Assembly (NCBI RefSeq): GCF_036321535.1
Contig: NC_087437.1
Coordinates: 106,828,001-106,892,000 of the forward strand
Length of the DNA stretch: 64,000 nt
Direction: 5' to 3'
DNA from: Camelus dromedarius
Taxonomy: Eukaryota
Numbering within the stretch: position 1 is the first letter of the stretch; every line of letters begins with the position of its first letter. Made by a program: the position numbers and the translations under genes. Positions 1 through 12,954 of the stretch are shown one piece after another. Under the pieces are notes generated by a model that was not told the DNA's origin, ran no database searches, and saw nothing but the letters and a program-made list of their open reading frames with translations.

Positions 1-3000
1 TGACATTCAATTATAAATTCAATGTATACTTTTTATTGAATGCCTCCAGGCATTTTACTGGGTGCCAGGTACAGAGTTATGCATTAAACAGACATGCCCG
101 CGGTCTCAGGGAGCTTACAGTCTAGCAGAGAAAGGGGACAGAACTGAAACAAGTAAACAGTGTTAAATACATTTTGGAGTGAGTGCTGTGAAGACAGCAT
201 ACAGGAAATAGTAATGCAGATTAATGGTATGGAATAATTGGAGACTTACTCAGATCAGGCTGTTAAGGAAGCCTTATCTTATACTTTGGTATTTAAACTG
301 AGATCTGAACAATGAAACAAACAAACAAACTGGGGTGAGCATGCGCAAAGGCCCTGAGGTTGGAAAGAGGCTAGTAATAAGAACCTGGACCAGCAACCAT
401 GTAGAGAAGTGGCATACTATAATGAATTAAAAAAAGGACTTTCGGGTCCTATTGGTTGCCACCAACAAGTTGGCTCATTACCAGTGACATTGGACAAGTT
501 TCTTTTCTTTTCTGTGTTTGTTTCCTCACCTAAGAAATACGGATGTTACATAAAAATATTCCTGTAGTGACTTGTATCTCTGAGTCTATGCAGTTCTTTT
601 TGTTGGCTTATTCATTCTTGAAAGCTGCCACATTATTAGTCCCTCATGGGATCACAAAGCTAGAAATGATCTTAGAAATCATTTAGTCTAACACCTTCAC
701 TTTGTTTTGAAGAAAATAATGACCCTGGAGAATTCTTCACTGCCCTGAAGCTGGTTAGTGGTAAAGCTGAGACCAGGACCCAGGTCTCCTGCTTGCTTTC
801 CCAAATAAATATGTAATGAAACCCAGAGCAGTTGAGAAGAGATTCTGGTCTATTTTAACACATTTAATGACTCATATGCAGGTATTTTTGGTTTAAGAAT
901 GAGTTTTTCAATCAGAACATGAAACTAATGGCTCACTCAAGCTGGATAATTTGAAGAGGGTTTAGTGAAATGCATAGATAAGTATAGGGAAACTAAAAGG
1001 GACAGTGCAGTACCCCTGAGCTGGTATCCCTGGGGAACTTTATCAGTCCTAGACCTGAATGGGTCAGAAGGGGGAGCTAACAGAAACAGCTGTTTGGGCA
1101 AGGCATCCCATGGGAATTGAGACATGTTTAAGAGACACAGCCCAAAGAAGTACCCCAAGTAAATGCCTCCTCCTTATTCTCTGTTTTCCTTCTGGTATCC
1201 TGGTGGGCTCCCTATTGGCCAGACTCAGCCAGAAGCCCAGTAGGCAATCACTTGCCTACTGCTCACTGATGCAGTCCACACAGTGTAGACTCCTGGGGCA
1301 TTGATAGAGGGGAGAAGGGTAGAGACTGTATGCAGAGGGGTAGGGGGGAGGGTAGGCAGTACAGAAAGATTTAATGCAAAGAGTCCTTAGTAAGTAACTG
1401 CTTTCTGGCTGCTTATTCTTTACAAGGAGAAATGGGCTAGTCATGGAAATCACGGTATTTTGTAGGTAATGCAGAAGGCAGGTGCCCATGTTGAGCTTAA
1501 ACTGTTCGCTCTGACACGTCTGAAAGGATGAGTGGTAGAGCATGTCCACCAAGACTTCATTCCTATGAGAGATCATGCAGTCTCCTGGGTAAAGTTCATC
1601 TTAAAGGAGGAAAGAGCCAGAGTTATGTTCCCATAAATGTCTCAGTCTTCAGAGGAGAGTGGGATTTCTTGTTATAATAAAAGCACAATGTCTATCACTA
1701 GAATTTGTCCTAAAATCTGTCCTTTCCTTATAGATCTAGGTCTAAGTTTGAGGGCGGGGAGAAGACGTGAGATCAAAACAGAAAAAAACTATTTTCACAA
1801 AATAGCCCCTGAGATGTTGGGAACATGAAGTATGGCTGCTTTGAGCCTCATGTCTTCAGTAAAAGAAGATGTTTTCCCTCTCAGCTCAGAGTGCAAAATT
1901 TTCTTGGGATGGAGAGAACACAGGAAGCTCTGGCACACGGGAGACTCTACCTTTTCCGTGGCCCCAGCCCCAGGATGTGTGTCTGTCCTAATTCTGATGG
2001 CACCTGGGGCTGATAGCTTTCAACCACATCCAGAGGCAGACACAGCACCAGGGTCTTTCCCCAGGATAGCTCTGCCACTGCAGTAGTGGGTAGTGACGTT
2101 GCAACATGGCAGCTCCTGGAACAATAGAAATTCTGATGGCTGCGCCCAGCGAACCGACTTACAGATCTTAACCTTGGTCCTCAGCAGCACGGCAGTGCCA
2201 AGTGACCTTCCTGCAGTCTAGCAGCTGGCAGATGTCTAGCCAGTAACAACAGTACAGGGAAGCTGGGGAAAAACTGGAAGATGCAACCTGGTAACTGAAA
2301 GGCCATACGAAGTATCCTCTGGGGACTCCCATATATAGTTACAGGTTGTACTTTGCAGGAGTCTGGAAGTCCTACAGTAGCAAATGAGGCCCAAGATGGG
2401 GAAATAGCTTTAATTAGATTATTATGGCCTGGAGAAACACAAACTTCATAAATATTTCAATTTTGACATTCATACAGATATAGCTATGTGCTGGGCAAAA
2501 ATTGTTTTATTTCTTGATTACTGTAGACCTCTGCTTTTTATGCAGCATGATCTGGAGGGTTATTATTGCCTTTTCTCATTTAAAAATCCTTCCCTAACTA
2601 TCCAAACATATCATCACTGTCTAATGTTTTCTTGCTTGTATGTATTTTTTTCTTTTAAAATTCTGCAGAGATCTTGAGTTTCTAAAAAAAATGTGTAACA
2701 GAAAACCAACAACCAATTCCATAGGACTATGAGACGTATGCAGTGTAGACACTAATTTTTACAGTTTTTATTCATGCTTACCAATATTCATGACCATCCC
2801 TTCAAATTAGTTAACAGTTCAAGTCATTTTTCAGATGTCCCCCTTCCTTTATCCCTTTTCCATAAATATTGACTCATGCCTTTGTCTTGGTCAAAAAGAA
2901 ATATAGAGCATCCACAGAAAATTCATTGTGGTTTCCATGCAGGTGAATAAGCCATGACCTGGGAGATAATTGGGTGGACGTGTCTGCTGGGACCAGGTGT

Positions 3001-4043
3001 TGTATCAGAAATGAAAGGGTCCTGTCACTCTCTCTCTCAGCCACAGTGTATATAAACACTGGAACTGATGGAGACTAAGTGATGACTTGCAACAGAAGGA
3101 CAAAGTGAAGGAGATGAGTCATCAAGATTGTTCAGACTTGTACTGTCATCCTCTTGGAACTCAAAGCCATGAAAAGGCAGCCTCTGTGATCAGCTCCAAG
3201 GCTACCACATGGAGCTCTTACAAGCAAAGGATAGATATGGATATATTTCTTTGCAGCATTAAAAGTTTATTCTCACTGGAAGATATTTTTTAGGACTATG
3301 AAGATACATCTATTGTTTCTGCAAAATGCAGATAATAATACCTACACTGTGGGACTGGAAAAGTAAATGTAATTAAATGAAAAGTGCTTACAACAGTGCC
3401 TGACACCAACCCCCGCCCCCCAGAAAAAAAGTATTGTTATTATTATGATTTAAGGTAACATTTTCAGGGAGGATTCCATTGAGAATCTTTTTTTTTTTTT
3501 ACAATGGTATTACTGCTTTTCAGAACTTGGATAAACCCACTGTTCTCTATATATATTAAATAGTAATAGCACAAAAGCTGGCGGCCATTTTATTATCCGT
3601 TTCCAGTAATTTTGGGGTTTTTTGTTTGTTTGTTTCATTTCAGAATATTCACTGTTTTTTTTTTCAGCATACCTTGAAGAAACTGTGATGTGAAAAGTGT
3701 GGCATCTTATGTTAGTAAAAATGCCCTTAGTGAATCCTTTGCACACTGCTTCTGAGGTCTAAAGTACATTAGAGGCCATTCTTTGGAAATGTGATTTATG
3801 AGGCAAGTCTTTTCTGAAATTTGGTTGGTATTCTTTTTATGTAAAAAATGAGAAGCTCAATTTTAATCTGAAGAATTATGAAAGTGCCTCTCCCAAACTG
3901 GCACGTTGTCTTGTTTCCACTGAGTCAGACAAGATGAGCAGGTTCATTGACTTGAGCCAACATGTGTTAACACTGTGCTTAACAACACAGCCCGACTGTA
4001 GCTGGATTGACATGTATCATCAATTAAAAACCACGGAACTATA

Positions 4044-4370
4044 GGAGGAGGGGCTTCAAGATGGCGGAGAAGAAGGATGAGGAGCTCGCCCTCTCCCACA
4101 AATGCATCAAAGATACATCTACATGTGGAACCATTCTCGCAGAACACCTACTGAGCTTTGGCAGAAGATCTTGTACAGTTGGAATTATAGGAAATTCTTC
4201 ACAAAACCATATAAATAACAAGGTCCTACTGTACAGCACAGGGTACTATATTCAATATCTTATAATAACTTATAATGAAAAGGAATATATATGTATCACT
4301 GAAACGTTATGCTGTACACCAGAAATTAACACAACATTGTAAACCAACTATATACTTCAGTTAAAAAAAA
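4044..4370 (+). mobile_element. Short bipartite L1-derived retroelement (L1 5'UTR head + L1 3' tail + polyA), copy 1
   Basis: ggggcttcaagatggcgg head (YY1-type motif typical of L1 5' ends), junction near 4208, then L1 3'-end sequence and A-tail. Preceded by TT|AAAAA; degenerate TSD cacggaactata / catgaaactgta. Confidence 0.85.
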
Positions 4371-5807
4371 CAAACAAACATGAAACTGTAATCTTTTGTC
4401 CAGTTCCCTGACCCATATCTTGACTTATGGCCTCCACTTAGAATGTGCTACTCACTGTAAACTCTCTTCCTCTAATTCTTTAATTATTTTAACTTTCTTT
4501 AATGTCAGATATTATTTGCTGAACTAATATATTCAGTCTTTTATTCCATGTTCCAAATATCGTATGCATACCCCCTGGGGACTACAGATGTGCAAGAGAC
4601 AGTCCTTGAGTACAAAGATTGGTATAAAAAGGGGCAGAGGTGAGAATCGATTAATTCCAGCTACTGGAATTATCAGACCTCTCCTCCAAGTATAAGCCCT
4701 TCAGCTACATCTGGAAGGATGAGCAGGGGTTTCACAGAACTGAGAAGACTACCCCCAAGCAAGGAGATGAGGGAGTTTGTCCTGTGTGTTCAGGTGGCGG
4801 TGAGAGACCCAGGGGGTGAGTCTCCAAATGCATTTTCACAGGCAAAACAGAAGGAATTGAACTTCGATGATTTCATTCTTCTGAACTTCTTGCAAGTTGT
4901 TTCCAGTCAACAGAGCAAATAATACATGAGATATATGATAATGAAGATATTAACTTACCATAAGATGCAAAAATGAAAAAATCGATCACTTGGTGCTCTT
5001 TGACTTTAGTCAGAAAAAATTAAATGATCCATCTTTCCGGCCATGGAAACAATATGAGGTCTCTTATCCCCTGGACCATGCCCTACCAGACGTGATTCAG
5101 AAAATGATTCCTCTGCCTCCTCTTCACTAAGAAATGGCAGGCAGCGCAGACTCAAAAGCTGCTCACGACTGGGGTATGAGGAGGGGAGCAAGCAGAAATA
5201 GGAACTGAAGACTCTAATTGTGAATAATTGTTTTTAAACCAATTATTCCAGAACACATCCACAGAAGGCAAACATTCCCAGCATGTGTTTCTTCAGCTCC
5301 CAGCATTCTTGGGGTTTGTTTCTCGTTTTTAGTGAAGGTATTCAGGGTGAGATTAGGTAGCAATGTGATCCACGGAACACTCATCTGGAAACTTGTCTTG
5401 GAATTCTTTCCTTGATGCAGATTAAATATTTTGGAACAAAGTCGAAACAAAGGTTAGAACCGGGGCTACGTTAAGACTTGCCCATAAGGAATGTGGTATG
5501 GTTTACTTCACTGCCTGTCCAACTGTGATGGGTTTTAGTGCAGCTCATAAATGAAGTTCATGAGAAAGGCAAACGCAGAGTCTCCTTCCAGTTTTCCTTA
5601 GGAATGTGACACTCAGCCAGTTGGCACGGGCCCCTGAGGGTGGCTGGCTCCCTCCTGCCCCTGCCAGGTCACTAAAAGCAATTTGATCACAGCCAAGCGT
5701 GGCCCTGGGATTCTTTCAGCTGTTGTGTTGGTATACTCCTGTTAGAAGGAAGATTGCCTAAACTCCAAATATTGGACTTGAAAGGGACGGAGGTCAAATA
5801 TCCCTGC

Positions 5808-6383
5808 TGTGGTGGGCCGGCTACCAAGATGGCCCCTAATGCTCTCACTTCCTGGTATGTGTGCCTTGGTGGAAAGCTCTTTTGTGCAGGATTGGACCTA
5901 GGGACCTGATTCCACGGAATGGGACATGACTAAAGTGATGAGATGTCACTTCCTAGATAGGGTTTGGAGTCTGTGACCCCCCGCTTGCTAGCGCTAAGTT
6001 TTGCTAGCACACTCTTTCACTCTGTGGCTATTGTTGCTGGCTTGCACTAGGGAAGCAAGCTGACATATTTTGAGTCGCCCTGTGGAGAGGACCATATGGT
6101 AAGGAACTGGGAGTGGCCAACAGCCAGTGAGTAAAGGAAGCCCTCAGTCCAAACCCTTTAAGGAACAGACTCCTGTCAATGGCCATGCTTGTGAGTGAGC
6201 TTGGAGGCAGGTCTCTCCTCAGTTGCACATTGAGATGACTGCAGCCTGTGAGAGTCTCTGAGCTGAGGGGCCAGCTAAGCTGGGCCTAGATCCTGGGCCT
6301 ACAGAAACCAAGATAATAAGCACTGTATTTCAAGCCACTAAGTTTTCAGGTAATTTGTTACACAGCAACAGCTAACTAGTACA
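5808..6383 (+). mobile_element. MaLR LTR (MLT1E/F-like)
   Basis: tgtggtggg...agccactaagttttcaggtaatttgttacacagcaacagctaactagtaca; 5-bp TSD cctgc/tctgc. Confidence 0.8.
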
Positions 6384-7508
6384 TCTGCTTACAGAAGTGG
6401 TAAAGCTTAGGATGGGGGCACGAGGGTAGGTAAGAGATTATGTACTTACATTGGTGTCTTTCTGAGTCCCCAGTCCAGATGGAATCTTTATGACAGGTGT
6501 TCTACGTGTATGTTTTTAATCATTGCCACATCCTGGCAAGGGTGGCATCATTTGCATATTTTGCACAAAATGGAGGTTGTGAAAACTTACTTTGAAGCCT
6601 TAGTTTTGTCCTTTGCATTAACCAGTCATAAGAGGCAGTGGCTGGGACAGAGACAGATTCACCTGTCAATCCTTTTTAAAGCTCATTATGTCACTTTCCT
6701 TTTTGGAGGTCCTGACTCAGTTTAGACTGAACCATCCCACACAGTGGGCTGCACTGGAAGAGCACAGAACTTATAAGTTTAGCCACATTCCTTAGAGCTT
6801 GTGCCTGTCATCAGAAAAGAAGTCCTGCACATTTCTGACAAGTTCTGGTTGAGGATTTAGTCGTCCTTAGAGATGAGTGGTGATGAGCAAGTTGCTCATG
6901 TGATTTTGGTGTTCTGTTGTTGGGTTGTTTAAATTAAGTTAAAAAATAAAATAATAGCACCCAGAGTTCCATTATTGGATGGGCTCAGTCTCATCTGATG
7001 TGTGCCAGACGCTACCTCAGCTACAGCCAAAAGTTGGCAAAATGGGTTTGGCTAAACAAGGACATGTTGGAGTAAGTGGATGAGCAGTGAGTGCTGCTTG
7101 AAACAACGGGGGAGAACATCTCAGTGCTGCATCTTAGGATGATGCGGGTGGCTCTGGATGTCCCTGGAATGGCTTCTAGAGCTGAGTAGGGTGGCTGCAA
7201 AGTTGATTAGACTCAGAACAGACTGTGGGCCTGACTGACCAACTCCCAGGCCAGGTCCAGGGTCTCTCCTCCACCGTCAGCCCATCCACTCTTGCGATAG
7301 CTTCCCCATCCCTGGTTCTGATGAGAGCGTGGCTGGGCCTCTCACTGCTCACGGGTTCTCATGGAGATCACAGCCTTGCTTCCATAGCGATGGCCCCTTC
7401 ACACACATTTCTGAAGGATGTTACAATTAACCAACAAAGTCTTCAGTTTCTCCTGGCCTTTTTCTTCAACTCCTGCCTGCTGCCTATTCAATGAGGATTT
7501 TTCTAGAG

Positions 7509-7670
7509 CAGCCTTGCCCGGTAAGGTAGCCACTGGCCACATGAGGCGATGTAGCACTTGAAATGTGGCCAGGGAGATTGAGGAATTAAATTTGTGATTT
7601 ATTCTAACTTAAATTCATTTAAATTTCCATAACCATATGTAGCTGGAGGCTAATGTGTTGGACGGCACAG
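7509..7670. mobile_element. hAT-Charlie MITE (MER3/MER33-like)
   Basis: tagccactggccacatg...gcacttgaaatgtggc core; perfect 8-bp TSD ttctagag (7501-7508 / 7671-7678). Confidence 0.8.
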
Positions 7671-8014
7671 TTCTAGAGGCTGTCATCCTTATGTTATTCT
7701 TTTGTCAACTTATTTTTGGCTAACATTTATAGAACATTTTCTATGTGCCAGGCACAACACATAGAGTGTTGTGTGCAGTCATCCAATTTTCACAAAACCT
7801 GATGAAGTCGATTCTATTATTTACATTTTCCAGAGCAGAAAGTTGAATTTTCGAGAGATGAAGAAGCCTGCCTCAAATCATAGAGAGGAGACAGGATTCA
7901 AAATAAAGTTTAGTCGACTCCAGTCCTGTGTGTCCTGTACAGAAGCATGAGGCTAAGTTGGCAGAAATGGAGGGGCGAACAAAACAGACGCAAGACAGTG
8001 TAAACTATAACTCT

Positions 8015-10313
8015 TGTTAAAATGGGTTATTTCATTTTATTGCTTATTGTAAACACTTTGGCCACAGCAAATACATTAGTTTTTAAATAAGTGTAATTTA
8101 AAGCTTTCACACCATGTACTGTTTTCCCCCAAGATGTATCATCTATGAAAATAATCAGTGAACTCCAAAAGTCTGTCCCGATACTGTGCACATTTATGCT
8201 ATCATGACTCTAAATACAAACAGTAAACATACTCATCTATTGTAGGCCTGTGGGTTTGTGATGTGCCTTAAGGGACGCCATAAAACAACTCAAAGAAGAG
8301 AGATGGTGTGGATTGTAATAGCTCCTGTGTGGGTAATGTTTGCAGAACACAGGAGGTACGCAATAAACATTTTTTGACAGCGAAGATGATGAGAATTCAA
8401 TTTCTGCTGGACTTTGCCTCTCCATTTTTCTTAAGGAATATATGGCACACTGGGAAGCATCCTTCTGAATGTCACAGAAGCCCTGGCACTTTGAGTTGTG
8501 TAGCTGCGGTGTAATTGGGTCTGATCACACTTGCAGAAGAGAGATAAATTAAAGCATATGTGCTGCTAAAACTGTGCTAAAATCTCAGTTACTAGGATAA
8601 ACTGGAATGCCCGAATGCTCTCTGTCTTTATAAGCAAGAAAATCATCAGTGCCTAACAATCAAACAAGTCATTCTAAACAAATCGAGCTTTCAGATCTCA
8701 CTGGCAGTTAGACCGTATTTCAGTCAACGTATCTGAAAGTAAAAGATGCTACTTACATTAACTACTGAGTTTCCTAACTACAGGGACAGAGCTATAATTT
8801 TTTTTCCTTAAGACATTTCTTTTAATCGTTTTTTTCAGCAAAATTCTTAGCATTATTTTGAGATTTCACTGAATGATGATGATGATGTTAGATTAAACAT
8901 TTTAAGTCTAATTGCAAAATGACACGCACATTTGACCATCTATCCCCAATATTTTCTCAATGTACACTTTAAAATACATGAAAGGACCCCACATAAAAAT
9001 AGAAATGTTAAGGTCACTTGCAGCAAAGTATGGCATATTAGAATTATTTATTAAAAATTTCTACACCTAGAGGTAGGCACTTTATAAAATTTGGATTTTG
9101 GCAAAAGGCAACCGTTTGATGTCAATATCTTACTTTTCCACTAACCATATAACTTTTTCAAGAGAATAGATTATTAAAATATTATAAGAGAAATGGAAAT
9201 TTGTCTAAACTATGTATGAATGGAGTTTCACAGAGCAGAATCCAAACTTCATTTTTTCCCCTCTTCGTATATCTTCCTGGTCAAGTTCTGAGATTTTTAC
9301 CCCTTGATGTAAATTCCCAAGGGAATATCTGGGTTCTCGTATTTTTATCTGGAATAAAGCACTTGTTGCTTGTGGAACTTGCTACAAATCTTTTTTTTTC
9401 ACAGTTGGAATAACCTGTATCATAACAGACTAAAGTTGGATGAGTTTTAAGTGATTAGCACTGAAGAGTTCTTGGCTTCAAGCAACTGTGACGTCCCCTT
9501 GATTTTAAGTCTCAATTTAAATAGAGAAGATTCAACCATTCCTGTTGCTTTCATTCTTGGTGACATAGAAATTCACCCCACATCTACCTAAAACAGGAGC
9601 AGAATTTTTGGGGCCCAGTGAACCCATCTACCATTTGATTTCGCCATCCCTTCTAGAGCGTGTTTCTACCAGATTGATTTGAAATCAGGTTTGAAGTCTT
9701 GGTGACGGGGAGCTTCACAACACACTCTCGTCAAGAAGAAAGCTCCAACTGTCCGTTCTGATGCTGAAACCAAAGTTCCCTTCCTGTGAGTTCGAGCCAG
9801 TGCTTCCAGCAGTATAAGGCACACAGTAGGCTCTCAGGCACTTGATCTGCATTTGTTGAAGACAAAAAAAAAAAAAAAGACTGAATACTTCTAGTTCTGG
9901 CTTTTAAAGCTGCACAAAATGGAGTTGTTTCCTTAAATAGTCCAGGCTCTGCTCTTACAGAAATCTTCTCTCTCTCTCTTTTTAGGAGCACTATTGCCAT
10001 TTTCTTCACCGGTTCTTTAAGAAACATGAATTTCAAATGTCTTGTGTATCCATTACTCTCTTCTGAGTGAGCTTATGTTGATCAAGTAGATCTTTTCAGA
10101 TGTGGTCCCACTGAACCAAGCATAATACTCCCGATGAGATCAGCGCTGAGTGGGGCAGAAACCTGTATCTGTTAGCCTGGGCAATCCACTCGACATATTT
10201 TCTGACCCCAAAGAGTATTCTTTAGGGCAGTTCTTTCCTGTCTGCTTCTGAGTAGAGGCATTTTATTCCGGGCAAGAGCTCTGATTGGCACATACTCTGT
10301 TCTGGGAGAAGGA
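8015..10313 (-). other. CYYR1: CYYR1 3'UTR (~2.3 kb; distal end approximate)
   Basis: Repeat-poor, AT-rich stretch between the stop codon and a minus-strand AATAAA at 8036-8041. Confidence 0.7.
8036..8041 (-). terminator. CYYR1: Probable distal polyadenylation signal (AATAAA) of CYYR1
   Basis: tttatt on +; followed on the minus strand by a GU/U-rich downstream element (gtttacactgtcttgcgtctgtttt, ~7981-8005); repeats resume beyond it. Confidence 0.65.
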
Positions 10314-10559
<246 letters not shown>

Positions 10560-10773
10560 TTATCAGGCTGAGGATACCTATGTATGAAAGGCCAAGTGCT
10601 ATAATAAATGGTGATATTGGCCAAAGTATTTAGAATTGGTGGCTTAGTGCAAGTTTCTTGGGAAGATGATGGTGACGGGGAACAGAGAAGGGGCTAAAAG
10701 GATAAATTCAAGTTTGAGCAAAAGCACTGAAGCAAGAGAGGCTTTTGTTCAAAGCAAAAAGTACATGGAGGAA

Positions 10774-10920
10774 GGGGAGGGGCATAGCTCAGTGGTAGAG
10801 TGTGCACAGCATGCACGAGGTCCTGGGTTCAGTCCCCAGTACCTCCATTCAAAAACCAAATCAGTAAACCTAATGACTTCCCCCTCCAAATTTCAAAAAA
10901 TGGAAATGAAATAATCATTT
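10774..10920 (+). mobile_element. Vic-1-type tRNA-derived SINE (camelid)
   Basis: ggggaggggcatagctcagtggtagag...gtcctgggttcagtcccc (A/B boxes), A-rich tail; 17-bp TSD aaaaag(t/c)acatggagga at 10756-10772 and 10921-10937. Confidence 0.9.
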
Positions 10921-11400
10921 AAAAAGCACATGGAGGAGAGAAATGGGAAAAGCTGTTGAGGAATCTGATTGTATCACCATCAAGGTGGGCTTTTAAAAAG
11001 TTGACTGAATTATTTTAATACAATTTTTAAAGGCTATGCTCTACTTACAGTTATTATGAAATATTGGCTCTCTCCCTCATGCTGTACAATATAGGGGTGG
11101 GGAGTGGGAGGCACAGACACGGGGGATAAGATCGGCTGTAAGCACGGTGGGCTTTGACTGTCACGTAAGGAGTGTGTGGTGTGCAGCTGTGAGAGGTTTT
11201 GAACAGGCTAGGGACTATGCTTTAGGAAGGCGACTCTCTCAGCAGCATGGACTGAGGGGGACAAAGAGAAAGTCAGACAATGTAGTAGCCCATGTGAGGG
11301 CTTATACGGGATTCAAGGAATCTGGGGGTGGGGCTTACAGGAGCCCTTGAGCAGCTGAGTGCTTGGTGATGACTGGGTAGATGGAGAAAGGGGTAGGAAG

Positions 11401-11864
11401 TGTTACAGAAACGACAGGCCAGTCAAGAAACAAGCACCACTCGGAGGGTTGGAGTACTCAGATGTATTACGCCGGCGGGCTCAGAGGGGCTTCTGCTCCA
11501 AAGCTCTGAGCACCTCCAGGACGTGCGCATGAGGTTTTACAGGGTAAAGTACAAGCTTGGGGTATTAGGCCAATAAGCATGGAACAGCTTTAGCAGCATT
11601 ATCATCACAAAAGTGGAGGCGGGGAGGCAGCAAACCAACATTCCAAAGCCAGATATGTATCTTTGAAAATCCAGCTGGCTAGCAAAAAAACATAAACAGC
11701 AAACCAACACTAATTAACTTAGATTTACAAGTTAGTCTAGCAGAACTCAGATCAGTATTCCAATACTTAGACTTGTGAGTTATCTTGTTAGCCCAGCCCA
11801 GCCTCTCTTTCACATTCCTAGACTGTGAGTTTTCTTGTTAGACCAGCCCAGCTTTTCCTTCACA
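11401..11864 (-). mobile_element. ERV solo LTR (ERV1-like), sense to CYYR1
   Basis: TG...CA termini, perfect 4-bp TSD gaag (11397-11400 / 11865-11868), CpGs retained; R/U5 region homologous to that of the LTR ending at 15353. Confidence 0.85.
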
Positions 11865-12166
11865 GAAGTAAGAAGATGTCGTGGTATTGGGCACCTGGTA
11901 CTGGGCTCCCATAACCTGGGTGGTGGAGCCATTACAGAAATAAGGAAAAAAAAAAAGGGGGGGGGGGGAGGACAAACAGGCTTCCAAATGAGGATGGAGA
12001 ATTTAGTTTTCTAAATCTTAACTGAAAAAAATTTCTTTACTTTTTTATTGTAATACATGTCAGTATGTTTTACAATCACATTTAATGCATTTTATTACAA
12101 TTATGTATGGATGTCTATTTTGTAGTCATCTTCACCCAGTCTCCAGGGTTGGAAGAGAGTTACTCC

Positions 12167-12269
12167 TTTTTTAATTTTTTTTTTTTTGGTAGGGACAGTA
12201 ATTAGGTTTATTTATCTGTTTATTGAATGGGGTACTGGGGATTGAGCCCAGGACCTCGTGCATGCTAAG
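12167..12269 (-). mobile_element. 5'-truncated Vic-1-type SINE
   Basis: Reverse complement cttagcatgcacgaggtcctgggctcaatccccagtacccc...aaacctaattac plus polyA; the A-box half is absent. Confidence 0.8.
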
Positions 12270-12299
12270 AGTAGATGAATTATCAGCAGATCATGATTC

Positions 12300-12954
12300 T
12301 GTTAGAGCAGGCGGACAGCTAGATATGAGCAGAGAAAGAGGGATGCAGGCCAAATGGCAGGAATTGGACAGAAAGGAGAGACACAGACCAAATGCAGGAA
12401 ACCATACATCATGCAAGCACCAGGGGTTCCTGAGCAGAGAAAGAAAAGCAGGAACCTCTGGGCTGATAAGTGGTCACACCTCTCGGGGTGATAAGCAGCC
12501 TAGAGGCCAACGAAGAAAGGTGAGAAAAGGAAGGAATCTCCACTGTCCAAATGTAACCTTTTGCTTATTATGCCCTTATTTCAATAAAATTAGCCTTGCA
12601 GATCAGAAGTACCCATCCAATGCCATGACACTTCCAATCCAGACTAAATAAGGACAAAAATCCCTCCTCCCTTGGGAAGGTGGAGTTGGGATGAAAATCA
12701 GGGAATATGACCCCAAACCCTTCCCTCCCCAATGAATATTCCGCCCATTCATTTTTACACCCTATGTAACCAACTTGCCAAAGAAACTCGGGGCAGCTGC
12801 TCACCTGAGCCTGTCTGCTTTCCTCTTGAGAGTGTGCTATCTTATCCCTTAATAAATCCTCATTTTACTCTCTTACTCTACTCTGCGTCTTGTCTCTGAA
12901 TTCTTTCTGGGCCAGGACAAGAACCTGGGACACCGGTTATGTCTACCGGCAAAA
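12300..12954 (+). mobile_element. ERV1-like solo LTR
   Basis: Starts tgttagagcagg, AATAAA at 12851-12856, ends ctaccggcaaaa; 4-bp TSD attc (12296-12299 / 12955-12958). Confidence 0.8.

Noticed and set aside
10774..10850. tRNA gene-like sequences (also at 49370 and 60700)
   Set aside because: Heads of tRNA-derived SINEs with tails and TSDs, not tRNA genes.
11946..11970. A-run followed by a G12 run as a structural element
   Set aside because: Simple homopolymer slippage; error-prone in assemblies.
12223..12651. 142-aa ORF
   Set aside because: Crosses an antisense SINE and an LTR U3; chance open frame.
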